This document shows positions 51,136 through 64,000 of a stretch of 64,000 nt of DNA, piece by piece (the first letter of the stretch is position 1; each line of letters begins with the position of its first letter). The notes under the pieces are model-generated. The model was not told the origin of the DNA. It searched no databases and worked only from the letters and a program-made list of their open reading frames with translations. The position numbers were made by a program, and so were the translations under genes. The stretch is from Lama guanicoe (lineage: Eukaryota), in contig MU053652.1 in the NCBI GenBank assembly GCA_013239625.1, positions 2,110,001 to 2,174,000 of the forward strand, given 5' to 3'.

Positions 51136-53467
51136 ATCATGTTAAACGAGAAAAAATAAATAAACGGGACTTAAGAAAAGTATCACAACCACTTTCCCAT
51201 CATCCAAACTCTCGCCCTCTCCTTTAGACCAGTCTGCCAACCTAGAAATCACTTCAGGGGCAAAATATATCTTGCCTGCCCATGAGTGTAATCCATTAGA
51301 GTCCAAGAGATTCTGACTGTGTGAAGAAAATCTCCAGTGTCAGACTTCTGAAAGACTTGGGGTGAGAGGGGAGCAAATTAAAGTTTAATAGAATGGAACC
51401 TCAGGAAATGGGCAAATGTAAATTAGGATAGAGAAACAGAAATGATTCTCCTCTTTACAAGGCTCCTCATTAACGTATTTGATAGCATTTTGAGAATTTG
51501 TTTAAGAAATGCAGGAACGTGCAAACTCAAGAGTGCAAGAATGATGTGTCTCTGCTTCCGGGCAAGGAAATGGATTAGCACTGCAGTAAGAAAGGGTTTC
51601 TGATGAGGAGTAAGAATTTCTGGATAGTGAAGTCTTGAAGAAGCTGAGGAGGGGGAGGACAGCAGACTGTGAAATGTCTTTGTCTGGGGGTATTATAGTG
51701 GGGGATTCCCATTCTGAGAGACGAGGGTTGATTCTGTCTTCACATGACACACCTCACCTTCTGCCAGAGCAGACTGATCCCCCTTAGCCACAGGGTCTTT
51801 CTTGAAGTGTCCGTGACCCAGGAAGCAGGCAGGCAAGCAACAGACAGAGTTTCCTCTGCAGGGCTTGGGGGCTCCCCCAGCCCTCAGGAGAGCTCCTCCA
51901 AGACCATCCTCCCAGAAAGACCCTGTCTGCAGGAGTCAGGTGGGATTTGCCACCACCAAAGCATATGCTTCCTGAAACAGGGAGAAACGGCTACTTGAGG
52001 GGGTATCTCCTCTGCACCAAGGCAGAGAGTAGGGAGAGTGATTTATGTTTAGTTTATTTTTCACCAAGTGACATACACACAGGGAGGATGGGAATAGAGC
52101 TAGGTTTGAAGCTGCAACCTTTCCCAGGGTTACAAGAGGTGCTCTACAGGGACCAGCTGGGTCTCATATGCCCGTGTTACCAGAAGGGCACCCTTTCCAC
52201 TCCTGTAAAGCCAAACAGACCTGCCACTTGAGTCTCCCTCTCCCAGTGACTTGGGCACAGAGTGGTAGTTTATGGCAACGGAATTAATGCGGCTCTAAAG
52301 GTAAATTGAAAACGCCAAGAGTAGCGAATTATCACATGAAAATGCAAATTGTTCCTTATCTGGGCTGTTCCACAGACGCTATGATTCATCACTGACTGTT
52401 CAGCTGTATTTCCAAGTAAGATCTCAGTCAGAAGGGTAGAAAGGCAGAGCCCAGCCACATTCTGCCTGGAGAGATTTATAGTTCTTTTTATCCAGATGTA
52501 AAGCGCACGATGTTGGGAGGGAATATTAAACCTATAAAATCTAAATCTATCATGTAGTCTTTATTTGAGGAGGGCCAAAGGACACACAAACATATACTTA
52601 TATCCTCCAAAATTTCCTCTCTCCAGACATGTCCACACCTTTCATGCAATTCACCTTAAAGAATACTTCTTACCTGAGTCAAAGTAAACTCATCCATCCA
52701 CCTATCCATCCATCCTTCCATCCATTCAGTATTTCCTTCATTATTTTACTCATTTTTAGTGGATGTACTGAGGAATCCATCAAGCCTTTACTGCTGGCCA
52801 TACAGTTTCTGATTAAGAAAAGGAATCCAAGTGGGTTTTCCCATGTTCTCTTGCACCAGTATTTGTAAAAGGTGCTTGTTAAAGAGGAGGCGCCAAACTT
52901 GAGCACTGGACCAGGGCTCAGAGTGTGAACCAAAAGCAATCGTCTAAAAGCTGGAACTCAAGGCGAGCCATCCCTTAGATGGGTCAGGAGGGAACAGTTG
53001 GATAGCACTCCATGTGCCAGCCCAACTGAGTGCTTTATGAATAGTAATTAATTTAGTGAGCCCCATAGATGAATGTCCCCCTGAGTGAGAGTCCCTGACA
53101 CTTCACACTCTACTTCTGGAAACTACTGTGGAGAAAAAAACCACTTGAGCTCAGGGTGCTTGCTCCCTGATGGGGCCGCACTCTGGGTTCTGTGTGGAGC
53201 CTCGGCATGTCCTATTGCGGGACAAACTAGGATCTGGGTGACTGGGCTGCTGCATGGGTGGTTTTCCCGGCCTCCCCAGGTTCCCACCTATCCTCAAGAT
53301 TCTCTGTGTGTTTCTTCCTTGCAATCTAAGAAGCTTGATCAGTAAACAACCATGCAAAATGTTATTCCACAGATAATCCCCTGGGCACCAGTGTTTTGAG
53401 CAAAGAATTTCTGCAGGGGAGGGGTGGAAAGGGAGCTGGGGCCAGCGCCTATTGGTTTTTGAGAGCT

Positions 53468-53862
53468 GCTGTTACAAACTGGGCAACTTAGAGCAACAAA
53501 AATATACTGTCTCAACATTTCAGAGTCAACAGACTTCAGGGGCAGAAGGCATGCTCCCTAGGAAGGTACTAGGGAAGGATCTGTTCCCAGCCTCCATCCT
53601 AGCTCAGCAGTTCACTGGCTTGTAGCAGCATAACTCTAATCATCATATAGCATTCTCCCTGTATGCATGTCTGTGACCAACTTCTCCTTTTTATAAGGAC
53701 ACCAGTCATACTGCCTTAGGGGCTCACTGTACTCCAGACTGACTTCATCTTGGCTAATTACATCTGTAACTACCCTATTTCCAGATAAGGTCACAGTCTG
53801 AGGTCCTGGGGGTTAGGACTATAACATATGAAATTTGGGGGCACACAATTCAACCCACAGCA
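53468..53862 (-). mobile_element. MaLR LTR (MLT1B/C-like)
   Basis: ttataaggacaccagtcata ... taattacatctg..accctatttccagataaggtcaca.tctgaggt.ctgggggttaggact ... acaattcaacccaca. Confidence 0.85.
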
Positions 53863-54413
53863 CTAGCCAAAGGGTTTGGACTTTACAAGAGACTGTCTTG
53901 GAACTGCAGTCTCCAATTATGGGGCCCCCGCATTTGAAATCTGGCCTTGAAAATCCTTGTCACTAGCTTTTCAGATGTCTAGAAACAATACTGAGTGCCT
54001 ACATTAGGGGCCTCCTACCCCAGGTACCTGTGCACATTTCGGCAGTAAAGACACAATGACTGGCATTCCTGAAACCCAAGGGCAGCTGGCAGAGTTGCTC
54101 ATGCACCCCACTTCCCACCCCTCCAGCCCTTTGATACTCAGTTTTAAGAAAGGTACAGAATTTCTCCTTTCCTTAACCACACTGGCTGTCCTCCCAGGAT
54201 GAGCTGAGGATGAGTTTTTGACCATTCTACTCATGCAGAGATACACACCCCTCCCAGATCTCCATGTTCCACTCCACCCCCACCTCCAAGGACCACTCCG
54301 CAGATATCAGTATTTCACAGCACAAGGAATTGAGAGCTGGCTAGACCATCTGTGGAAGGCCATCTATACTTCCTTCAACTCCCAGGATCTACACCAGGCA
54401 GAGTAGGCACCTA

Positions 54414-57400
54414 ATTTTTTAATCAGCTTCAATGAAGTGTAATTTATATACAAGAATATTCACCATATGATAAATGTTATTTAGGGAGTTTTAACAAATA
54501 TACAAAGATGTGTAACCATCACTACAATCACGATATAGAATATTTCTGTCACTGTAAGAAGTTCTCTTGTGCCTCTTAGCCATCAATCTCCTTCCCCTAC
54601 CCCTCTAGCAACCATCACTCTGCTTTCTGTCTCTGAATTTCTGCCCTTTGCAGAAAGTGATATGAATAGGATGATAAAATATGGAGTCTTTTGTGCCTGG
54701 CTTTCTTGACTTGGCATAATGTTTTTGAGATTCTTCATGTTGTTGTTTATTCTAGTGGCTGATTCCTTTTCATTGTTGAAAAGCATTCCAGTGTATGCGT
54801 TTGCCAGTTTGTTTATGCGTTTACCTGCCAGCAGACATCTAGATTGCGTCCAACTTGGGGACAGTAAGAATAAAGCTACTATGAACAAATGAGTATACGT
54901 CTGTGTGTGGATATATATTTCCACCTGCCTTGGGAAATACCCAGGAATGGCATTTCTGGAAAGAAGAGTAAAAGTATGTTTAACTTTATAAGAAACTGCT
55001 AAACTGCTTTCTGAAGTGGCTGTACCACTTTGTATTCTTAGCAGCAAAGAATAAGAGTTCCTGTTGCTCCACATAATCAAAACTTAAAAGTTGTTGGTTC
55101 CTTAAACTGTAGTGATATGGGTAACACACTGTGGTATTAACCTGCATTTCCCTAATGACTAGTAAAGCTGATCATCTTTTCATGGGCTCACTTGCTCTTC
55201 ATCTGTCTTCTTTCATGAAGTGTCTGTTTAAAATCTTTTACTCATTTTCAGTCAAGGCATTTGTCCCCTTAATACAAAGTTTTAAGAATTCTGATCCATG
55301 GACATAGTATATATCTCCATTTATTTAAGTCTTTAATTTCTTTTGGCAATGTTTCATGGTTTTCAATGTGAAAGTCTTACACATATTTTGTTAAATTTCC
55401 CATAACTTTTTCATATGATCCTACAGTTTTTCTTTTTTAGACTGATTGATTTTCAAATGTTAAAACCATCTAACATTCCTGGGATAACCTCACTTGGCCA
55501 TGATATAGTTTGTATATGTTGAAGGATTTGAATTTGTGAAGATTTTGTTAACTGTATCTATGTTCACGTAGAATATAGTTTTCCTTTCTTGTAACGTCTT
55601 TGGTTTTGGTATCCAAGTAATGCTGGCTTCATAAAATGTGTTGGGAAGAGTCTATTCTCTGGAAGAGTTTGTGTAGATTTCACATTATTTTTCTTTAAAT
55701 CTTTGATAGAATTAATCAGCAAGACCATCTGGGCCTGGAATTTTCTTTCTTTAATTTTTAAAAAAGTTTTTGCTTTGTTTTTGAAAGATTTTTAACTATG
55801 AATAAACTTCCTTAGTAAATATTGGGATACTCAGGCTCCTGCTTTCTTGTTAGGTGAGCTTTGGTAATTTGTGTCTTTGCAGGAGTTGGTACACTTCATC
55901 TAAGTTATCAGATTGAGTGGTATAAAGTTGACTCTTTCTCCTGTGAACCTGGGGTCTATTTCTATTTCTTTCTATCAGTTTTGCTTCACATATTTTAAAG
56001 CTGTATTTTTGGTGCCTAAGCATTGAGGATTTTTATGTTTCCTTGATAATCTTATTCTTTTATCATTCTGTAATCTTTTTTATTGTTGATGACTTTCCTC
56101 ATTTTGTAGTCTGATCTGTTTGATCTTAATAAAGCCATTCCAGCTTTCTTTCAGTGTTAGCACAGCACATCTTTTTCCATCTTCTTATTTTTAACCTATC
56201 TTTGTCTTTAAAGTGGATTTCTTGTAGGTACATATAGTAGAGTTTTGCTTTTTTTAATACAACCAAACAATCCTTTTATTTGGAATATTTAGACTATTTA
56301 CATGTAATAGATGTATTTATAGGATTGAGTTTAAATCTACTACCTTGTTATTTGTTTTCTATCTGTGCCATCTGTTCTTTTTCTTTGGTTTTTTTTTTGT
56401 CTTTTTTTGCTAATTGTATTTTTATGACACCATTTTATCTCCAATATTAGCTATATAGCTCTTTGTTTTGTTTTTTTTTTTTTTAGTGGTTGCTTTGGAG
56501 TTTGCTAACTTATCCCATTTTGCTTCCCAATAACATTATGCCTCCCATATACAGAGTAAGAACTTATAATTATTTTCATTTCTCCCTCCTACCTCTTTCG
56601 CTATTGACATATATTAAACTGATGCTATAAACCATAAATTCATTGTTATTATTTTTGCTTAAAGCAGTCAATTATTATGTAACACATTTAAAAATGAGAA
56701 ACAATTTATTTATATCTATTCATACATTTATCACTTGCAGAACTCTTCATTCTGCTGTATAGATCTAAATTTTATCATATTTCTTCTGCCTGAAGAATCT
56801 GATTTTTTTTAAATTTAGGTCTGCTGTAATGTATTATCTCACCTTTTGTTTGTCTGAAAAATCTTCATTTCACCTTCATTGTCAAAAGATATTTTGGTTA
56901 GGTTAGATTTCTAGGCTGAGAGTTTATTTTTTTATCATAACTTTAAAATGTTGCTCCATTACCTCTGGTTTGCTTCATTTATGATAAGAAGCCTGCTATC
57001 ATTTTTATCTTTGTCCCTTTATACATAACATGCCTTTTTTTCCTTCTGCTGGTTTTGTGATTTCCTGATTATCTCTGGCTTTTATCACTTGATTATGATG
57101 TGCCTTGGTGTGATTTTCTTTATGTTTCTTTAACTTTTTGTTGAAATTGTTGGATCTATGGGTTCATATTTTTTATTGCACTTTAAAAACTGGCTATTAT
57201 CTCTTGAAACATTTTTCCTGTCTCATTCTTTCCTCTTTTCCTTCTGTGATACCAGTAACATACAAGAGGCCACTCAATATTGTACCATAGGTCATTGATG
57301 CTCTGTGTATTTTTTAGTCTTTTTCTTCTGTGCTTAATTTTGAATCACTTTTATACTGTTTCTTCAAGTTCACTGATCTTTACTTCCGTAGTGTCTTATC

Positions 57401-58388
57401 CATCGTAATTTCATCCAGTATTTTTTTTTCATTTCAGGTATTATTTTTCACCTCTAAAAGATCAATTTGACCTTTCTTTATATCTCCTGTTTTTCTCCTC
57501 CTCATGTTTACATTCTCTGATCCTTTTTTGAATATATGTATAATTTTTATAATGATGGCTTTAACAACCTTATCTACTAATTTCATCATTTCTGTCAATA
57601 TCTTGGTCTATTTCTATTAATCAATTTTCTCCTCAGTTATTAATCTTACTTGTTTCTTTTAAAATCTTATAATTATATAAGTGTGAGTTGGATTTTGCTC
57701 TCATGTATTGTTAAGTTACTTGGAATTAGTTGAGACACTTTTGAAACTTGCTTTAAACTTTGTTAAGCAGGTCCATAACAACCATTAGTCTAGGGGTGTT
57801 TTGGCTCTACTACTGAGAAAATACTCTTCTGAGGATTCTACCAACTGCCTCATTTATGGGGAGATCTTTCCACTCGAGCTGGTGGGAGCATGAATTACTC
57901 CTACCCCTTTGTGTTCTACTGATTGTTGGGTCCACTGCTCCCTAGTGGGTTCCCCCCAGCTGAAGTGAGTTTCCTCTCACACGTGTGTAAATCAGTACCC
58001 AGCCAAAGATGCAAGGGGACTTACGCAGACCTTCACAGCTCTCTCTGTGCAATTCCATTCCATTCTCTGTGCTACCCAACACAGCACATTCCAGGTACTT
58101 TGGCCTCCCCAAACTGTCTTCTCAAGCCAACACGGTCACCAAGCTATGTTTTGTTGCCCCCACCCTCACCTCACACTGTGGCCTCAAAACTGCCTCCAGG
58201 AGTAAGATGGGATCATCACAGAGTTCACCTCTCTTATTTCCCTTCTCTCAGGGATCACACTCCTGTACCACCTGCTGTCCAATGTCTGAAAACCATTCTT
58301 CCATACATGTTGCTTTGTTTTTTCAGCTGTTAAAAGTGAGAGTATATATCTGGTCCCAGTAACTGTCCTTGGCTAATGGTGGAAGTCA
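54414..58388 (-). mobile_element. Ancient L1 (L1ME-like): 3' end, deleted ORF2/ORF1 remnants and 5' region
   Basis: L1ME-type 3' end at 54414-55250, reverse ORF remnants (catctgggcctggaattttcttt; gattatgatgtgccttggtgtg), and an old L1 5'-region signature ending ..ggaagtc at 58388. Confidence 0.75.
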
Positions 58389-58719
58389 ACACCCACGTTT
58401 GAGAAGTTTTGAAGGACAGATGTCCACATTTCCTGCACTGATCAGTCCTACTGTCCCATTTAACCTCACTATTATCTCTTTTCTCCTGCGTATTTTCTCT
58501 GAACTCTCTTCTGAACTGCCATATTTTAGATCTATGGGAAAGGACTCAGCACAAGTACAAGTGTCCAGGGTACTGCCAGGGTTCTACCAACCTCGAGCCT
58601 CTACTCTCCAGGATGCAGAAAAACAAAAACTCAGCTTAATACTATGCTCCCTTGATCTCTCATTACAGAGAAAGGTGCATTTGGTCAAATGACTTGACCC
58701 TAACCACTGGGGATGCTGA

Positions 58720-58890
58720 ACAGAGCCCTGGGATGGAAGTTGAGGATACCAGGGGCTAGTTCCATTCTGTGGCTTAGCAGCTGTGTCCATCTGGGCATGT
58801 CACTGAGTTCAGTTTTCTCACCTGGATATTGTAGGTGTTGAACTAGATGACCTGTAAGTATCCTTCCAATTTTAAGTTTATGATCCTCGG
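58720..58890 (+). mobile_element. MIR3/MIRc SINE
   Basis: agagccctggga.tggaagt ... cagttttctcacctg ... ttgaactagatgacct.taagtatccttccaat. Confidence 0.7.
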
Positions 58891-61609
58891 ATCTATCTAC
58901 AAAGTAAACCTGACCATGGTCCTTTTCTGTTTCCGTTTCTACACAGACAAATTATGCAAGAACCGGTTATGCCCTGGTTCTGAGCACCATCACCCATCAA
59001 TTCTCTATAAGGCAGAAGAGGGTCTTCTGGGTTGGGGGACCCCCAGTGGGACCACCCTGCTTCCATGCTCTCATATGACTGAATGTAGGACCATTATTAA
59101 CAGGACCCACTCCGTATTTTGTTTACTCAAAAAGACATATATGCATCATTCCATTTTCCAACTTCTTCTTTCCCATCAGTGTGCCACCATATATAAATAC
59201 ATATTCCAAATCCCTGCCAAGTCCAACCCTGACAAATCCAGTCTTCACTCTCCTCCCCAAATGCCACAGGGTGAAGGGTCTTTGCTTCCCCACTCCACCT
59301 GTTCCTACCCTGACAGCCATCCACTGGGTGCTCCTATCATTACTGCACTAGAGCTTGGAGCCCAGCATGAGGAGTAGAGGAACAGTGGGGAGCCAGCAGG
59401 GGGTTGCTAAGACCATTATATCATCCCAATCTCTAGTGCTCTTGGGTTTGGCAATCAAGTCCTAAGAACACACCTTATTCCCAGCAGAAATCTAGTGGAG
59501 GAACTTTAGAAAGCAGATAGTCATCTTCTGGCTCTGGCCAATCCATCCTCTCCATCCTTGGGTGACCTTGGGCAGGCACCTTCCTCCCTGGACCTTGGTT
59601 CTCTCTTATCTAAAATGGGGTAAACCATTTCTGGACCCTCCATGAACTCAGGATTGTTGACAGGACAAACAAGGTCATAATGAAAAGGACAGAGTTTGCT
59701 GAATGCAAGGTGGTGGTGACAGCACTGAGATAATTAGCTTTCCTGTACTGAAGAGCTGCAAATACACACACAGGAACTTTCTTTTCAGGCGTTCAGGCTG
59801 GTAAAAGATACTGTGATTTCCCAGTTCACCCCTAGAGTTTGTGTTGTGCTGAAGAAAAAGAGGGGAAGGAGGTTGCCGGGTTGAGGAGCAGGTTTACTCC
59901 ACAGTTGCTATTTTAGCATCCAGAGGAGCCAGGCTTGCTGATTGCAGAGAGATTGTTATCTCTCTTAGGGCTCAGTGAAGGTCACCTTCAAACCAGACGC
60001 TCCTTTCCCCCTAGTGCTCGGTGCAGGCAGAACCTAGGACAGTGGTGGATCTAGAAAGGATGGGGGATGCTGTGCAGATGATGCCCTGAGAGCTAAGAGA
60101 AGAACCCACGTGGTGGGGAGGGAGGGAAAGGAAATAAGGTGAGAGGGATTTTGAGTGCCACTTCCTACAGCAGATACAGTAGATGTCTAGGAGGAATCTA
60201 ACTGAGAAGTCGCTTTAAATAATAATAACCTTGTCTGCCTTGGCTCTCCCTAGGGAGACAGTGGGCCAACAGGGAGGAAAAGGTTATACGTGGATGTCAT
60301 GAATATTCCATTGGACACAGCCACTGCTCAGAGGCAGGGGCTAAGGAAAGGAAGAGAGCCATCCAAAGAATTCCCAAAGATGTGATGTTAGTTGCAGGAA
60401 CAAAGGAGAAAGAAGCCATTCAAACGCTGATCCAGTGCCCCCACCCCGCCAGCTTTAGGAGGGAAGAGCAGTGGGATGCAACGCATGAGGGAATGATGGG
60501 CCCACGAAGAATAGACTTCCTGGGACCAGATTTATCATCACCTGCCCTGGAGTCCAGACTCATGCCAATATTTGGGCGAAGGAAGAAACCAGGCTGGTGT
60601 CATCCCTAAGGAACAGTCTGAGCCAGGCTGCCCCTCATTGTCCAGCCTTGTCCTTGTTACTCTCTCCCTCCCCACATGTCTCTCAGTTCTGCTGTCTCAA
60701 GGTTCCCTAGGTGACTCCCACCCACCCCTCCTCCAAGACAAATCACACTGCACTGGGCTCTTCTGAGCAAGCCTTTGTGAACCATCTTCATGCTCCCCAA
60801 GGAGGCTCTACAACTCTGTACGAAGCCAGCCAGTTTGCAGGGAGTCCTCAAAAAGAGGACACTGTAATGGGATCATTTTCTTACTGGTAGCAATGAGGTG
60901 TTTTTTCAAGACCCTATTTCAATTTTTAAAGCCTAAGGAATTCTATCTGATGCTCCCAGTGAACCCAGGGATGGATCGGGTTGGGGTGGGGAGGGGGCAT
61001 TAGTAAGAATCCAATCTAATGCACTGTGCTTTCATGCACCCCTCTTTCACCCAGGGTCTATGGGCCTGTCCTCTAGGAGCCTGGGTTTTATTTGTGGTGG
61101 TGGTAGGTAGAGGGGTGTGTGTGTTGGCAAGTATCTGTGTGTGAGCTCAAATTTATGTACTCACCTTGCCCCTTGGGTATCACTGGCCTTCAAGTGTGAT
61201 GCCTTTGATGGCTGAGTCTTCTCCCAGCCTCTCAATCAAACTCTACCCTTGGTGCAGTAATCTGTCTTTAACAACTCCCACTGCAAGTCAATAAAATGTC
61301 AATTTGGTTCTCCTTTTGTTAAATCTTAAATCTATGTAATACCTTTCCTTTCCTTGGCTTGTTAAATCAAATTCATGTTGACCCCCCCACCTCCCTTTCC
61401 CTACCTCCTCAGCAGGGGTACCTGCCCTTGAGCAGGGGACCAGAGATGCTCAAAGTTGACACAGAGCCTTAGGAGATTGGAGACCAAAACGGTGGGACCG
61501 CTTGGCACCTCCAGTTTTCTTCAACTCTTGGAAACACTGAGCAAATCAGCCTTCTTCTGCACCACTGAATTCCTTGATTTTTCCCAATCTGCTCTTCAGG
61601 TGAATGGTA

Positions 61610-61812
61610 GTAAAGTGGACGGTAGTAAAAACCAGACTCTGAGCTCCATCACTCACTAGCCATATGATTTAACTTCCCTGGGTCTCAGTTTCCTTATCTG
61701 TACAATGGACATGACAACAATATTCTCACTGCCTATATAGGAGGATCAAAGGAGTTAATACATGCAAATGCCCTTAAACAGTAGCTAGCACATTCTGAGC
61801 ACGGAAAGAGGT
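61610..61812 (+). mobile_element. MIR SINE
   Basis: ctgggtctcagtttccttatctgtacaatgg ... gaggatcaaaggagttaatacatgcaaa.gcccttaaacagt..ctagcaca. Confidence 0.8.
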
Positions 61813-64000
61813 GGACAAATGAGGAAGCTGCATGACATGAAGGAGCAATCTGAGGTTCTGGGGTCATAAACTGTAAGCAAGTTATGTAGCTCACAAGCTT
61901 CAGTTTCCCACACACAAAACTAAGGATTCTGAGGCCTTGGGCTTGTTGTGAATAGGAAAACAAGATGGCGGTCATAAGGCTCTTGGAACACAGTAGGTGA
62001 TCTCTGAATGAGGTCCCTTCCATATCCACTTTCCCAGCCTTCCCCCTGGAATAGACTCCTGGGACTCCCTGAAAAAAAAATTTTTTTTTTTTGAGTAGTG
62101 ATTCTCTGAATGTGCTTCTGGGCACAGGGACCCTGGGAGCATTCATCAAAACTCAATTCAAGGCAAGTCACTCATCACTTCTATTTTGCCAAATGGTAAT
62201 TTGGCTTCCCATCAATTGAGTCTGGGAAAAATTATTTTTGGCCAGTGAGCCTACCTCCCAAAGGAATTCTCTAGGCGAACTGGGCTGGTTCGGGTACAAG
62301 TTTGGTAAGTCCTCGGCTCAGAAGTAGGAAGCAGTTTGCTTCCCACATTATACGTGGGCTGCTGAGCCCTGCACTTGGTGGCTGATGTTCTGTGAGGCCT
62401 CCTATGTGCTCTGTGCTGTCCTAGATGCTTACTTACATAGTCTCCCACCTATGAGGTCAGGACTGCTAGAGATGAGGGAACGAGGGCCCCAGCACTTCCC
62501 AGCTCACTCAGGGCCACACAACCCCCAAGTGGTGGTGACAGGTTACCCAGCTGAACTGTCACTTGCTTTCTTCTCAACAGCACTTTTGCCCATGTCTTAA
62601 GACTCATTTAGTTGTACACCTGTCACAAGTAAGTAAATGAAGGCTCTGGCAGGAGGAACAGGTGGTTGCCTTGGTGTCCCAACCAAGCAAGCCTTTGTTT
62701 TTCCTACGGGAGCATATGTCCTTCCAGCTCAAAATACTTCAAGCCTTTGGTCTCTGTGACCTAACATATGATCTTCTTCCCCTAAACGTAAGGATTGAGG
62801 ACTTGCCTGTTGCCAAATTACCCTCTAGGACTGTGGTTCCTCTAAGCCAACTCCCTAATCCATTTGAAGTTCTCAATCATAAGTCAGCCTGTGGAAGCAT
62901 CCAAGACAACTGATTGATGGGCTATGTCAGAGGAAACAGATCAGACCAAGCTCAGGGGTCTGAGAGGCAGCTGCGTCTACTTCCCTGAAATGCAAACCCC
63001 ACCCCCAAGCCACTCAAGCATCTGGATTTCAGCAGCATCAGGACCCATCAAGGGCTGCTTGACTTCCCTTCAACATCTGCAGGCTGTCAGCAGGGAGGAC
63101 ACCATCAATTGGTCCATCAATGAGTGGGAACCAGATATAAGGTTGTAATTGCTCTGGGACCCACATTAAAGTGTCAACATTCTATAGGAGGGTGACAGGC
63201 CCAAGAGTCTGGAGCAAATAGAGATTGTGGCTCTAAGAGAAATGGTAGTCGCTATGGAAAATACAAAGTTCTTTACTTCCTGGATTCCTGCTGTTAAGGA
63301 AACCAAGTCTTATCAATTCCTTCCCTTAAACTTCTCTCAAATTCTTAGCCTCCTTCTCTTTCCCAGGACTGCCCTGAAGGCTCGCATCATCTCTGGCTGG
63401 GAGTACATCAACAGCCTCCTAAATGCTCGAGTGTATCTGACTTCCATATGCCAAACAGGTGGTCCATCCAAATGAAAGTTGGCTTAAAATTCCATTTGCT
63501 CAGGGCAGAGGCAGTACAAACTTCAGGGAATCCAGAAGACGCATTGAGGTGTCGAAGGAAAAAAATTAAACTTCTATTTATTTTTCTAAAAACAGATTTT
63601 AAGGAAACTAAGCTTTACTAATACAGAATGTTCATCTTGGTACCAACACCCGTGATCCGTCAAGGGGTGGAGCAAGCAGGGGAGCACGGAAGCCCCACAG
63701 CTAAGGGTTTGACAGTGAGGTCCTCATTTAATCCTTCCTCCTTGCCTTTTTTATATAATCAATCCAAGCTGCGCTAAATCCGATTAATCACAATCCCTGA
63801 TCCATAGGACATTTCATCATCAGTTATTAATTCAGTCATACATTCATATTTTTTAAATAATGGAATAAGCACCCATAAATCCACCACCCAAGAGTAAACC
63901 TAGGACCTCAGCGATAATTCCCACCCAGCCATGTGGCCACTACCCATCCCATCTTCCTGCCGTCCCCACCGAAGGGAGCCACCAGCCTGAATCACAGGTC

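Noticed and set aside
63505..63700. Possible hAT (Charlie/MER) fragment
   Set aside because: The resemblance is too weak to assign a family or boundaries by eye.

Overview
Mammalian non-coding genomic DNA (intergenic or deep intronic), most likely camelid (alpaca/camel lineage). That call rests on a tRNA-derived SINE with a GGGGGGTAATTAGGTTTATTTA-type tail and on young L1 3' ends of the artiodactyl/camelid type. I see no intact protein-coding gene or splice-supported exon; the ORF track is essentially random ORFs plus L1 ORF2 fragments. Much of the window is interspersed repeats (L1 of several ages, MIR, L2, L3/CR1, MaLR/ERVL/ERV1 LTRs, hAT and Tc1/mariner DNA elements). The most notable items are: (1) a 5'-truncated processed pseudogene of TMEM147 nested in an MLT2 LTR (20.3-20.7 kb); (2) a tailless retrocopy of the 5' half of tRNA-Glu(CTC) with a 13-bp target-site duplication (TSD; 49.3 kb); (3) a compound L1 locus (45.4-49.1 kb) with a twin-priming 5' inversion, a 145-bp tandem duplication and an apparent 3' transduction; (4) four adjacent inverted repeats at 38.4-38.6 kb resembling an ancient conserved MER121-type element; (5) several repeat-free islands rich in transcription-factor motifs. 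Repeat family names come from recalled consensus sequences, and the boundaries of old repeats are approximate. I found no evidence for a genuinely new multi-gene system.
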